A DNA stretch of 64,000 bases from contig NC_087251.1 in the NCBI RefSeq assembly GCF_037042905.1, forward strand, positions 43,402,001-43,466,000, given 5' to 3'. This stretch comes from Lytechinus pictus. Its lineage: Eukaryota. A program made the position numbers and the translations under genes. Numbering within the stretch: position 1 is the stretch's first letter; each line of letters opens with the position of its first letter. This document shows positions 1 through 14,073 of the stretch, one piece after another. Below the pieces are notes generated by a model. The model was not told where the DNA came from. It searched no databases and saw nothing but the letters and a program-made list of their open reading frames with translations.

Positions 1-1
1 T

Positions 2-37
<36 letters not shown>

Positions 38-203
38 GTAGTAGTAGTGGCAGTAGAAGTAGAAGCAGTAGTAGTAGTAGTAGAGGTAGCAGTAGTAGTA
101 GTAGTAGAGGTAGCAGTAGTAAAAGCAGTATTATTATTAGTATCATGCGTAGAAGTAAGTAGTTTTAGTAGTAGTAGCAGCAGTAGTAGTAATAGTAGTA
201 GTT

Positions 204-258
<55 letters not shown>

Positions 259-272
259 CAGTAGTAGTACAT

Positions 273-330
<58 letters not shown>

Positions 331-364
331 CAGTAGTAGTAGTACATGTAGTAGTAGTAGTAGC

Positions 365-402
<38 letters not shown>

Positions 403-476
403 CAGCAGCAGCAGCATCAGTAAAGCAGCAGTAGTAGTGGTAGTATTTGTCATCGTCATCATCGTCGTCGTCGTTG
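1..476. repeat. (GTA)n microsatellite with GCA/GTC variants
   Basis: Long imperfect GTA run; explains ORFs 47..724 (poly-S/V) and 165..347 (poly-Y). Confidence 0.98.
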
Positions 477-857
477 TGGTAGCAGTAATTACCAGGAGCA
501 GATTAACTCTATTGATAACCATCACTATCTTAATGAAAATAATACTGGTACCAATGTCAGATCTCGATGAAAATCAGTCGTCACATTTCTTTCACCACTC
601 CACCACAGGTTCCCGCCTAAGCAGTCAAGCCCAGCCAAGCGTTCATACAGTCATTATACCGCCGTTCATAATTACACCAGATTCTTTCCACTTGACCACG
701 GCTCAGTCAATCGTCTCTCACTAGGGAGGAAAAAACTGATATAATTTCAATACCATCATTTCCTAATTACTCTGACCCGTGTGATTAATTAGTATAAATA
801 CCCCCCGATGAATGCGGGTTTAATCGTTCATTATTATGTTGCCTTGGTGTGCATAAA

Positions 858-1097
858 CACTGCAAAAACTCCGGTGTTGATTTAACACCAGCCCGGAATC
901 TATATTTGTCCACACCAGAGAAGTATTGAAACAACACCAGTTTGGAATCAAACCGATGCTGTTTTAATACTAATTGGTGTTGTATAAACACCATCTGGTG
1001 TTAGACCAAAACGAAACTGGTGTTGTTTAACACTTCTCTGATGTGGACATATATAGATTCCGGGCTGGTGTTAAATCACACCATAGTTTTTGCAGTG
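858..1097. mobile_element. Palindromic MITE with CACTG...CAGTG termini (CMC/EnSpm-like non-autonomous element), copy 1
   Basis: Begins CACTGCAAAAACT and ends AGTTTTTGCAGTG|TA. Long internal inverted arms (TTAACACCAGCCCGGAATCTATAT / ATATAGATTCCGGGCTGGTGTTAA). Homologous copy at 56638-56884. Confidence 0.85.
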
Positions 1098-2315
1098 TAG
1101 GGAGAGGAAAGTATGGTTACGACATGGGAGGTATGTCTCCTTTGTATGTTTGTTCGTCTGTATGATGTCTATTTAATTAATGTAGGGATGGATACATAAT
1201 TTTATTTCAACATACGGATCTGTTTACTACTTGTAATATCATCAACATTTGGAGCAACATTGTATATAGTTTCAGTTCTTCATCATCTTAAGTTTACAAG
1301 AATGGGATGAAATATACTTGTCGATAGCAATACGCATTGAGCTATATATATTTTAAAATACTTTTTTACTTCTTCAACATCTTATGAAGACGAGCATGTC
1401 TCAGATGTTGTGGATAGTAAAGCTTTCGGTTCTTAGCCTTCTTCAGTATATTTGTTAAATGAAACAAAATGAAGGAAGAGGTACAAATCTGAAAGCAGAT
1501 GAAACAAAAGAACATTATCGATCAATTTTTATGAATTAATATTAATATCTACCTATAAATTACAATATAATCAAAAGGTGTATGCCTTCATTCTTCAACA
1601 TCTTAGGTAGACGAGATTAACAAAATAGCTATTTATAGGATAGTAGAGGTGAAGGTATTACTTTAAGAAAAAAAACCCCGCAGAGTTCAAGAACCTACAG
1701 ATAGGCCCAGTCAAATCCCTCACCTGTATAGAATAAGAAAACTCCCTGAAGATGACTTTTAAGCAACATCTTACATTTGAGAAGAAGATTATCTCCTTAT
1801 TACCCAATTAACCGTCAACTAAAAAGCTCTCGATACATGAATTTGTATTCTATTCTTCTCTCATGGACACTTGTTAACATCCTATTAATACCATCACTCT
1901 GACCGTACACAACAAACGGCTTCGGATATATGGGCTGGCAAAGAGCGGGGGAGAAGTATTAAAAGGCCCTCGGGTTGCAATTTGGGATAGCGGCAATCGA
2001 GTTTGGAAAGGTGTATGTAACTCAATTCGCGAATCGATACGGACCTCGTAGGCAAAGGAAGCGTCCAGGTAGTATTAGACGAGCAAAAATTCTCGCCTTA
2101 AAGGTTCTTTAGATCAAACCGAATTAGAACCTCGGTGTATGAACCTGTTTGTGTTTTTATGGACACTTTCTTTTCAATACACTGTTAAAGCAAAGATACA
2201 AAGATCAAAGCAAAGATACATTAACATCCAAAAGAGAGTATAAAACGACAACATTGATAATGGCATGCTATTTAAGAAAAATATTAAAAACAAAACAGCT
2301 TCAATAACAATTATA

Positions 2316-2518
2316 CACATTTAACATGTTGGGCAACATACTGTCCACTGTGTTGGGTAATGTATGTTGGTAAGTATATATATTATTGGCAATTATTATC
2401 CGATTGAGCAAATGTATTACCCAATTTGGGCAGATTTTAACCAATAGTTGTGTGGACAGTATATTGCCCAGTTATGGTTAAAAATTTAGCCCATTTTTGC
2501 CCAACATTTTTAAGAGTG
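2316..2518. mobile_element. MITE with CAC...GTG termini and TA flanks
   Basis: TA|CACATTTAACATGTTGGGCAA ... TTGCCCAACATTTTTAAGAGTG|TA; internal inverted arms (ATACTGTCCAC / GTGGACAGTAT). Confidence 0.75.
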
Positions 2519-2582
2519 TAAGGGATGCTTAAGGATGCAAAATATTGGGAAACTAACTTATCTTTGCGTTTCAAGCACAAAC

Positions 2583-2830
2583 GGGGTCCAATGAAATTCT
2601 TTTAACCAAATCATATCATTTATATGTTCAGTGTCATTAATAGCCTGGCAGTGACAGAATCATCCTCGTTTTATATATACTAAGACAAAATTTTGAATAA
2701 TCAATTTCGAAATATGAATGATTTAAAAGATCAATTTTAATTTATCTGCAGCTATAACTTGGAGACCTTACAAATCCCATCTCACTTTGAACAAAAAATA
2801 CTATTCTTACAAAATGTTTTATTGGAACCT
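2583..2830. mobile_element. Degenerate Kolobok-like non-autonomous element remnant
   Basis: Right end TTTTATTGGAACCT|TTAA; left GGGGTCCAATGAAA is an imperfect inverted match; left TTAA absent. Confidence 0.35.
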
Positions 2831-4328
2831 TTAAGTAGAATTTAGCTCAGCTTGGTAGCTCAAACCAATAATCGCCGCCCAGTCACGTGCCTATACTACC
2901 ATGTGTTCCGCTTAGCTGAAGGCGGGAGAGAAATTAGGCTTCGAACAATGAACCCAACTCTTTTCAATAAAAGTGGGATTTTAGAATCGGTTTAATTCAC
3001 GATATTGAGCTGAAATCGGTGCAAAAAAAGTGTCTTTAAAAAATTGATCCGATTTTTTTTTTAAAGTAGTCTATGCCTTTTCATGTAAAATACTGTGCAT
3101 CTCTGGATCTTAATAATCTATTCCTTAAATGTGATTTTATGAAGACTGAACGAGACTATTCCGTTCACTCTACCTGCATGTCGTCTCGGGATTAAGGATT
3201 ATGATTCCAATGCAATTAAGAGCATACATTTTCAAGAGTATCTTCGAAGGAACAAAAACAAGCTCGAAGCTACGCACTGTAATTGGATACTAACTGTACG
3301 AGGTCTTGGTTTTTCACTTGAAGGAATTCATAGTTGAAATGAAAAGTAGAAAGACCCCTGAATTCTCGACTGAAACAGAGTAGAATATATCACCCCTTTT
3401 CTCGTCGTTTATTAGTTGGATGCACACCTCCGTAACCGCATGCAATATCAAATGCAAAGCTACTTCTTTAAATAATCTCTATAAATAATCATTATTATCG
3501 CAGTGACGTTCTGCTCTAAGATGTCTTTGAAAATTCATTTCTAAATAAAAACATGTTATCCTTGCTTATGATGATTTAATTCTTTCAATGCGCCTGTGGT
3601 AAAATACTGAATAATTTGTGACTAAACAAAAACAACAAGCTGTAGAACGATGGAATCTGCTAGTATTTTCACATTACAAATGCAGTTTGTGGTTTGCCTT
3701 TGATTTTTTTTCTAAACATCAGTCATCATAAAGTTACAATTCAAATAATTTTTTTTCCTATAAAGGTGTGGACATCTCTTTAATCAGGGGTTTATTATTC
3801 CGAGGAGAGCAAAAACAGAGAAAATAGACCTAAGAACAGTGAGAGTAAATAAGAATAGGAGGGAGTTGAGAGAGTGAAAAGGGGGAGGGGTGGGGTGGAG
3901 AAGATTGATATATTGGGCAGAAGAGGGCCAGGACAGGGGGTTGGTGTTGAAACATAGCAATGAAAAACGTGGGCAAAATAGTGGTAAAGAAAAGGGGCAA
4001 AGTTGAAAGAGAAGAAGGGGCGGTAGAGGGGGGGGGGGGGGGTAGAGAGAGGAAAGGAAGAGAGAGAGAGAGAGGTGGGGGTGGGGTAAGATTTATTGGG
4101 CAGAAGAGGACGAGGACAAGAGATGGGTATGGCTAGCTAGACATGACAAAGTGGGGGCTAAATTAATGGTAAAGTAAAGGGGGCAAAGTTGAGAGGGAAA
4201 AGGGGTACACAGAGGGAGGAATGGGTAGAGAGAGAGATAAGAGAGAGATGGAGAGAGGGGATGGACAGCGAGGAGACAGAGAGACATCAATACAAGCAAA
4301 CACAGAGGAACAGGGACATACATAGGAA

Positions 4329-4539
4329 CACTAAAAAACTTTACCCAATATTGGATAAAAAGGTAACATGCATTATGGTTGGGTAAAAAGATACCAAATA
4401 TTTTGTAAATTTTACGCAATGTTGCGTTGACATTTACCCTTAAAATATGCATTTTGCCCAATATGGGGGGGGGGGGGATTACGCAGCAAACATGCATGTT
4501 CCCTTTCTACTCAATATTGGATAATTTGTTTCCTCAGTG
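4329..4539. mobile_element. MITE with CACT...AGTG termini
   Basis: CACTAAAAAACTTTACCCAATATTGGATAAAAAGGTAACATGCAT mirrored by ATGCATGTTCCCTTTCTACTCAATATTGGATAATTTGTTTCCTCAGTG. Confidence 0.7.
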
Positions 4540-5235
4540 TGTTCAGAGTGAAGGGTGCAAATGAAACGGAGGGGGGGGGAGATCTGAAGAGAAGCAACGT
4601 GCACCAGAGTTTCAGATGAAATCTTTAAGAATAAAAATACTTAATTGTTGATTGAAAGGGGAGAACAGAAAAAATACAAGTTGTAGCATTAATGCTCTGA
4701 AGTTTAATCGATACGGTCGGTGAAGCGAAAAGAGACGGATTAAACCACGCCATCATACTGGCGACAGACTAACCACAAAATCAAATCTTCATCAACATTA
4801 GATCCCTTTTTACCATATTTTATACATTAATCAATGTTTCGATATTGCAACATGGCATTCAGTAAACGTACAGTGGCCGAAACAGTTTGATGGCATCACA
4901 TGGAAATACGAATGAAATGCGTTATTACAACATCTGGCTGAGAAAACTATGTAAGGCTTTGCCTCACGCATCTTTCGTAGATAGCTTAACATATAGCCAA
5001 AGAAGGAGATATAGCCAGTAACAATCATTTCTATCATCAGTGTGTTCTATCGTCACTGCAGTCTTTCGGATGATCCTGCCTGAACAATGATTTGAGCAAA
5101 ATGAAATGAGGGGGCCGGACACAGCATATGGGGCAAAATTACTATTAAGAAAAGCTGCAAGTGAGCGAAGCGAGTGACAGAAACTACATTATTAAAAAAC
5201 AATTAATTTTGTGATAGAATTTGACATGATGTTCG

Positions 5236-5269
<34 letters not shown>

Positions 5270-5828
5270 TTTTTTTTCGGGGGGGTCGAAGAAATTTTTG
5301 GGGGTCCATGACCCCAAGTCCACGTGTGTGCTTTATGAGAACGAAGTTATAATTATGACATGTTACTGATCACCACTGGTGATACCTCAAAATTGATACA
5401 TATCTATGAATAACAAATATTAAAAATGTCGTCAAACTTTTGATATATTTTGGGTTCATTATGTCTGATCACTCTGAAAGCCGATTTCATCTCAACATGC
5501 TAAGAAATTGACTTAAACCATGCAGGAAATAAAACAGTTGACTCCTCAAAAGTCGCACCACTCATATCAGATATTGACTGCTATATTCGCCTCGACATTG
5601 AATGAACTCTCCCAGCTTTAGGGGCATGCGATGTTTTTCCTGTGACATCGGTAACGTGATATTGGAAGTAACGAATTTTCGGGCAAATTTCCCGCGTTTA
5701 TTAAGGAAATGAACGATGACGGAGTTTGTTTCGAGGCTAATGTTGACTTTATAAGGAAAATCTTAGCTAGACCCGGGGGATTCCGTACATTAAACATGTC
5801 ATCGTGTTATACTTGGATGTTTGGGGTT

Positions 5829-5928
5829 AGTCACACCCATGGAAAAAACTCCAAACCGACCGATGGTATGTCATTGGAAATAACGCAATGGCTTTGATCG
5901 GTCTGGAATCACTTATACTAGTGTGACT
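5829..5928. mobile_element. ~100-bp hairpin MITE, copy 1
   Basis: AGTCACAC...GTGTGACT termini, inner arms TCCAAACCGACC / GATCGGTCTGGA; clear homolog at 31077-31177. Confidence 0.7.
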
Positions 5929-6270
5929 GAGTGTGTTATGAACGCGATAGATCTCGTCGTATTTCATTTACCAGTCAAATTTGACGAGATTCAAGTGAAA
6001 TTTAGAATAATTTCCAGAAAATAAATATAATCTAAAATAGCGTTTACGTTTATATTCTTCTGGTTTGGACTATATATATATATTAACCTTTCCTAGAGAT
6101 TATTGATCTATCTACTGTTTGGAAAAAAAGATGGCTCGTGGAAACATGCGTTTTATAATGAAATATTTTGATAGTTCTTGCATTCTTTGACAATTGTGTC
6201 AGATTCTACAAGTTGAAGAATAGTGTAAGTGGTTTTTCATTGCACTAGTATCCATAGTTTTAATGTTTAA

Positions 6271-6350
6271 TTTTTAAGGACTCAGTTTTAGTTTTAAGGA
6301 GTCCGTTTCAGTTTTAAGGACTCAGTTTTGGTTTTAAGGACTCAGTTTTT
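6271..6350. repeat. 20-bp tandem repeat x4 (GTTTTAAGGACTCAGTTTTA)
   Basis: Four in-register copies with few substitutions. Confidence 0.9.
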
Positions 6351-7734
6351 AACTGGGTAAAGATAGCTTCTGCGTGATTTGGAATTTCATTAATTGTGAC
6401 TTAGAAGAAGAAAAAAAACCACGTGAGATTGAAGGATACTTTTGGGATGATAATGCGTCAGGTATATCATTGTTGATGGTTTTGTGAATATTATCAGGAT
6501 GAAGTTGAATAAATTATTCCTTGTATAGTGTGAGTGGATATATTTTCGCATATTAAGAGAACTTGGTCTGTACACATGCATGTATTCGTTTCATAAGTAT
6601 AGTTTTTCATCTTGAATAATCTCCACAGGGGCAAAGCAATTAGATTCATTGCGTCCATTAGAAAAAATATTACTCGGTCAATTAAATCACCCATTTTGGG
6701 GGGTATTTCCCACTGCAGAAGATTTGATAACTCTTTTCCATTAAAAATCCATTAACGGATTAAGTTAACATAAAGACTAAAACGGTTCCTCACTATTTCT
6801 ATTTTTCCTGTCTCTCCCGCTCTTTTCTCCTTATTCTCTCTCTTTCTCCATCTTTCTTCTTTTTCTCTCTCTCTCTTAAGACATTTTAAGCAACTAACAC
6901 TATACTAAAGCAATACAACGACTGGGTTAATTAACAATTGTAATACCTCTCTAAATGGGACAGTGATCAGAGAAAGATAAAAGAAATAAGTATCATTTCC
7001 ACAATAAGTACCGGGGAAAACACACATAAAAATAAATAATATATAGCTCTCCGCCATTTTTCCCGTTTAAAATCATTATTTAATTGATAGGCGATCAAAT
7101 GTCAAACATGATTGCAAATTAGAGATTTTAAAAAGTGTCATACAAAACATGTGATGTTTTGTTCAATAATGTTCTTTTTTTTATGCACGAATTATATATT
7201 ACTTATGGTTCCCCATTCGTTCTAGACGATTATGAATCAATCGAATGAATATTGAAGAAAAATAAGAGATAAAGACAGTATTCGATAGCCGTCCGAGTAA
7301 GCACATTGATTTAAATTGAATCAAATTAAATTGATCGCTAATCAATATTTTGAATAAACGAGTATATCCAGCTCATTAAACATGTAATTTGAATTGCACA
7401 TTGACCCCCCTCTCCCCCTCCCTCTCTTCCACTCTTTCTGCCCCGTCCCCCTCTCCGCCCCCCTCTCTCTCTCTCTACATGGACCTCATTGAGGTTCTCG
7501 ACCACCTCATCATAGCCTCCCACTCACACCATCGGACATCCTGGATGTCGATGCCCTTTTCATTCATCTCTTCGTCTCACCGACCCTCTCCCAGGTCAAT
7601 GATCACGGTGCAAGTTGCTATCGTGGTTTACCCGATCATCGAATTTACTCTCTAGTCTAGAATATTCAGGCCCCCTTTGGTCGTGAAAGTCCAATATTAA
7701 TCAAAGGATAAACAATACACTGTGTATGCATAGA

Positions 7735-7946
7735 CAGTATAAAAACGCTGTTTAGTATTTTTTCTTCATACATACATTGCTGTTTACTATAAACTGCACA
7801 GTATTTGTTCAACAGTTTATTCAATTAATTAGAATATTAAAAAACTTTTTTTTTTCAAATCTACAATATATCAGGAATGTATAAAACCGTTAACAACTTA
7901 CATAGTAAAGAGCGTTGTATAATATTTTAAAGAGCGTTTTTACAGT
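7735..7946. mobile_element. Degenerate MITE of the CACTGTAAAAACGCTGTTTA family
   Basis: CAGTATAAAAACGCTGTTTA ... TTTAAAGAGCGTTTTTACAGT; same terminus type as the right end of 29053-29252. Confidence 0.55.
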
Positions 7947-8289
7947 AATACAATCATTGGTTAAGTCTGATTTTAGATTTAACTTGGTACTTATTTGCAT
8001 GTGATTTCGATTGTTGTTGCCAAGTTATACCATAGCAATATCCCACACGTCTCCGATTTAGACGTTAGATTATGTAAATTAATATAAATTATCATTAAAT
8101 TCTCCTATTAAGGGATGGCACCACGGGGGGGGGGGGGGATAGGGGCGACTGCCGCCCAATGAATTTTAAAGTAAATGAAGAAAGTGTTTAAAAAAAATTA
8201 TTTTATCTTAATTCATTTGATTTAATTTAATTTGATTTAATTTCATTTCATTTCATTTATTTATTTGTTTATTTATTTATTCGTTCATC

Positions 8290-8320
<31 letters not shown>

Positions 8321-8689
8321 CTATTTCTTTATAATTATATTTTTCAATTTTTTATTATTATTTTGGTGGGGGTTGAATCTATCGTATTGGGTCTGATGTT
8401 TGCAACTATCACTACCACGCGATGTTGTGATACATAACTTGAACTGGACTGTGAGGTACCCCTCAATGACGCCGTACATCCAATCTCAACCAAAAAACGA
8501 TTAACCCTTTGACACTCTCAATCGATTTATTTTATGATTGCTACCCTGGTCAGATCAATGAGATGAATGAGATACCCTGATTAGGTGCGAGCTAGGTTTT
8601 TTTTTTTGGTTCCCTCTTCTTTTCCTTTGCAAGAAAAACGGAATTAACCCCCTCTCTCTCTGTCTTTCTATCTCCAATTCCACCCCCTC

Positions 8690-9096
8690 TTTTTTCTTCT
8701 CCTCCTCCTCCCCCTTCCTTCTTCTTATCATTTTTTTCTTTGTCTTCATCTTAATCATCACATATTCTTCTTCATCATCATATTCTTCTTCACCATCATC
8801 ATCTACTCCTTCTTCTTTCTTTCTCTCCTTCTTCTTCATCACCATCATCATCATCTTCTCCTTCATCTTCTTTTTCTTCATCATCTTCTTCTTCTTCTCC
8901 TTCTTTCTTCTCTTCTTCTTCTTCTCTTTCTTTCTTCTCTTCTTCTTCTTTTTCTTCATCATCATCATCTTCTTCTTCTTCTCCTTCTCCTTCTTTCTTC
9001 TTCTTCTTCTTCTTCTTCTTTATCTTTTTCCTTTTCATCCTGTTATTCCGTTTCTTCTTTTATTTATTTATTCATTTATTTATTTGTTTGTTTGCT

Positions 9097-9137
<41 letters not shown>

Positions 9138-9200
9138 TTCTTTTTCTTCTCCTCCTCCTCCTTTTTCTTTCTTTATTCCTCCTTCTCCCCCTCTTCTCCT
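8690..9200. repeat. Pyrimidine-rich compound microsatellite (TTC/ATC/TTTC)
   Basis: Source of the K/E/D-rich and F/S-rich pseudo-ORFs at 8555-9542. Confidence 0.95.
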
Positions 9201-10343
9201 GTTTCTTTCACCTCCTTCTTGTTCTTGCAGAAAATGTTATCAAGAGATCGAAGCCACAAAGCTGATCAAGGGGATTCTTTTTTTATTATTTTGCCATTTT
9301 CCACTGCAGAGCATTTGGTGCCCATACGTGGATTTGATTCTGAAATGTTGCAATTAAAGTTTAACTTGTTAATTTTTGGGAAATATGTTGGTATTGGGGA
9401 TATAAAAACTGCATTGCCCCCTCTCCTCTCTATCTCCATTTCTAATTTATTTCTTACCCTCTGTATGTTTCTTCCTTACCGCATCCATCCATCTATTCAT
9501 TCATCTACCGCATCTCCCTCCATCTTTTCTTTTACAATGTGAACTCCATAAATACATATTATTCTGTGTTTACATTACGCATCAATCCCATCATTCCCAC
9601 TAATACATCTGATTAATATATATGTTGGTATAGGCCTATAGCTCTTATCATATCGGGATGAGGGTGGGATCCATTCATCCAACATCTAATGCTCCTTTGC
9701 ATTGAACATTAATGACGAAATATCATGTCTTAACTTCATTCCCTATCATTCTAAATTACATTTTAAAGTACCATTTCCCCTCTACCGTACATGTATAAAC
9801 AATAAAATCATCGTTTACATTTAATGTTAAACATTAAGAACTTTATTGCAGATAATAAGAGTGAGATAAGTATTGTTATTCTATACCAATATCTTTTGAA
9901 AAATGGGGGAAATTGTATTTTTAACCGAAATTGTGATTATACATATTTTCTAGATATAATCAACCCAGTCCCGTGACCAAAATTGTATTGTAATTGCAGG
10001 GGATATACAACCAGACATTGAAACGCCACCTACCAAATCTGTTGATCCTAACATAAAACTAGTCGGGTGTTTTATTATTATTATTCCTAAACATGTGATA
10101 CTGACAGTCCTTATTTTCATCCTCGGAGGATCTTAAATCTCAATAAATTATTACCAGCACATATTGTGCGAAATCGCGTCACGTTTTTCATATTTTACCT
10201 CCCCTACCCCTCTTAAATCCAAAGTCGTGTATTCTGGGCTCGATTTCATCTTAATCTTGATGATAGATCTGCTTCTGTAATAGATCTAGAAATAAATGTC
10301 CACGTATTTGAGGCGCCGACGCCACACCTCCCCCTCCCTCCCT

Positions 10344-10590
<247 letters not shown>

Positions 10591-12115
10591 TTCCGTCCTT
10601 TCTTTCTCTCTCTCGTTCTCTCTCTCCCTCTTCCTCCCCCTCCCCCTCTCTCCTTTTCTCTCTCTCCACCCCTTCTCTCAATACATTTTTTTCTATGTCT
10701 CCCCCTCCCCCACTTTATCTCTGTCTCTCTCTTCACATCCATCTGTCTCTGTCTCTCTCCCTTTCTTCTCCTCTTCTCTCTCTATTTCTCACCAGGTGTA
10801 TCTTTTTCCGTTCTCTTATCCCGTCTGTTCCTCTCCCTCTCCTCGTTTCTCCTTTTCTTCTCTCCTCAACTTACTCCATCACCGTTACTCCTTTTCTACA
10901 GCGCTGTAATGTGTCTCCAGCCTTACTCCTTTGCTTTCTCCCATTTATCATGTTTATCCACCTCAATTTGGGAGCCTTTCCCCTCCTCCTTTCCTTACAA
11001 ATTTCCAACTCAAAACTGATCTTTACTTTACCCACTCCTTCATCTATCCACCCCTCCCCTTCCTTCTTTCTTTCTCTTCCCATCATCATCTCCTCCATTC
11101 CCAACCCTGGATTGAACGTAATCTTTGGTCATTTCTTCAAGATTTGTTACCATGGCAATTGATCTTGACCGCGCCGACACCCAAAGATGGAGATTTACAA
11201 TGGTATTTCAAGGGAGCATCTTCTTCATCTCCCACAAGAGTGTTCAAAGCTCTTTACACCTACTCATGTAATCCGATATGATATTCATTTTTAAAAATTC
11301 ATCCCATTTGGAACCAGCAAAGGTTTTTTTAATGAAAAAATAGGGCATTTATAACACTTATGTTTCTCTCATTTTTGTTTCGTTATGAGAAAAAAGAGTA
11401 ACCGCTATTATAATCTATTTGATTACTAGACCGCTATTAAATTTACAATATTTAGCTTGATCGAACAGATTTTCCACAAGTTGTTGATGTTGAGATTTCC
11501 TTTTGTTTTTATGCCTGATTATTTGACTAGTCACATTTTAGCTAATTATCTAATTTGTTGTATCTTTATTTGTTTATTTCTATTTTCCATTTTAAATGTA
11601 TTTCATGTTATTTTTTTTCGGGAGTGGGGGGGGGGGGGGCTTTCATTAAATAAAATAGAAGTGTAATAAATAGGAAATATGCTTAGGTGGACACAGTGAG
11701 AGAGGGAGAGTGAGAGCGGAGATAGAGAATGAGAATGTGGGAGAGAGCAATTACTGATGATGTACGAGACGTGCAAATAAATATTGTAAGAGCGAATGTA
11801 TAATTCAAAATATGGGCGACAACATCCTGTGAATGAGAGGTCATTGGCCCCGTGACAAGGTAATAAAAATCTCAAAGCATGCCACTAGGTGTGTTTATCA
11901 TGCCCCCCTTCGAAACAGGGTAGGTTCATCATTAATTACTCATTTAGCAGTTAAAGGCATCGTGAACATTTTCTTAACGTCATCCGCTGACGCAATCTCA
12001 CTAAACCACACCCACAAACAAAATTATTTTTTCTTCTCATACTAAGTGAAAGTACCGTAAAAACACCAAAACATTATCATAAAGAATATAATGAGCGGTA
12101 ACTCCCCTGGAAATG

Positions 12116-12568
12116 TCCCAAATGATTTATTGAACTCGCCAGTGGTCTTGGCAAATGCAGGTAAAATGTTACTATTTTTGTCACCATCATACTAATCACA
12201 ATAGGTAAAAAAAAAGTTTGGTAAAAATAACTACTGCGTTTATAATCCCAAATGATTTATTGAACTCACCAGTGGTCTTGGCAAATGTAGGTAAAATGTT
12301 ACTATTTTCGTCACCATCATAATTATCATAATTCAAATCCTAATATTCAGCCATTAATAGGTAAAAAAGATTGGAAAAAAGTACCTAACGCGTTAGTGAA
12401 TATAATCCCATATGATTCATCGAACTCAGTAGCGGCTTGGAAAATGTAGGTAAAATGTTACTATTTTTGTCACCATCATAATTATCACAATTCAAATTCC
12501 TCTTTTCAGCCATTTATAGGTAAACGGATTGGTCAAAATAACTAACTAACTCGTTAGTAAATATAATA
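12116..12568. repeat. Tandem array of three ~130-160 bp units
   Basis: Units start TCCCAAATGATTTATTGAACTC at about 12116, 12247 and 12406 and share GTAAAATGTTACTATTTTTGTCACCATCATA. Confidence 0.9.
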
Positions 12569-14073
12569 CGACCAACAATAATGGTCAATATCAACCATTT
12601 ATTGCTTAGAATGGTTGATACAAACACAATTTTTCAGTCGGACTCATATTACTTTTTCATTTCATTTCATTCATTGAGTCTGTTATAAACGGATAATTCT
12701 ATACACTTGACATTTCTTTCTACAAAAAAAGGAGAAATTCACAGAATAATAAAACGAGAGGGTCAAAAGGGGCCTAAGCTTTCGATCCTAGCAGAATGAT
12801 AATAAAACAACAGTAAAAATTAAGTGAACACTACCTAACTTATTTATACAATATTACAAAACTCAGGTGTAAATTCACCAACAGATTTGCTATTTTTACA
12901 ATTCTTTTTATATTTCAAGATTGTATATCTCTTCAAAGTAAAAGTGATTACAGAGAAGAAGAGTTATACTCCGACGGGAAGACTAAAATATGAAAGGAAG
13001 TTGTACTAGGATGCTTGAAGGAAGAGTTAGTAACCATGGTAATTAGCAACCAGAAAAAGAGGGAAATTGGTGTCATAAATTTGTCGATAAGTCACTGTCT
13101 GGGGGAGATGTTCGCTTCAGTAAGCTCAGCTTTACATTCCCTTATGGAACAGTCACACCACGACAACCGACTCCAGGCCGACCAAAGTTGATACGTTCTT
13201 CCCAATGGCATATCGTCTGTCGGTTTGCAGTCGTTTTCACTTGATGTGACTGCGGCAATGTTAGCATTGCAGTGGACATTGTCCTATATGTGATTGTCCC
13301 TATATGCAAGACATTCTCGGGCAATGACCTGCATTCGCTAATTAATGATTTACGGTGAGCATGGATAGTTGATAGTTTTGCCTCTGAGCAGCTACATGCT
13401 CCATTAATGAAGCGTTTTACAGTGGCTTGATTAGTATCTATGACGAATTATACAACTCTGAAAAATAATTTATTCATTGTTTTGACACACATGATGAGAA
13501 AATTTAACAGAATCCTTTTTTTCCTTTTTTTGGACAATCAGATGCTGAAGGGGTGGGGGTATTTTATAGAGACAGAATGATGCATCGGAGATGGGAATAG
13601 AGCCGAGAGAAAGAACATCCTCCTTAAAGCCATACTTGACCCAGCTCCGGTCGGGGATTCCTCCCATAATTCAATCTGTATCATAGACATGATAGAAGGA
13701 ATCGATCCTATCTAAACATAAAACGATAATGTTACACTTTAATGGAAGATAAATAGGCCAAACGTCTGATAAGACACCTCATTGACTCATTTCACCTTTC
13801 TTCTTAATGACCCAAATGTCCGGTAATTTCTCACCCGTTTTTAAAGGTAATTTACTCCCTTACACGGTTTCTCAAAGGACCTAGATCATGGCTAGATATA
13901 GAGACAAAAAACAAGGAATGGAGGTAAGAAGTCATTAACTGAATGTTGTTTCGCTCCAGTTCTGTCTGTTTTTATTATTGTTTTGTTTTTTTAGACCACC
14001 GTAATTGAAGATTCGCGCACTTAACTTTTGGCGCGCTCAAAATCACACTCTCAATCAGCTCTCGATCCGTTAT

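Noticed and set aside
550..720. Minus-strand exon after acceptor-like ttttttcctccctag
   Set aside because: All three frames hit stops within ~50 nt, so it cannot be the shared coding exon.
47..724. 225-aa ORF and the other long ORFs at 8555-9542, 10251-11162, 15337-15802 and 63235-63606
   Set aside because: Translations of GTA, TTC, TTTC, TAAA and GAA microsatellites; no protein signal.
2102..2830. Single large TTAA-flanked element
   Set aside because: Only 6 bp of terminal complementarity; a better left-end match lies at 2583.
12700..12800. Penelope-like terminal sequence (AAGCTTTCGATCC)
   Set aside because: Resemblance is from memory of short motifs only; no coding remnant supports it.
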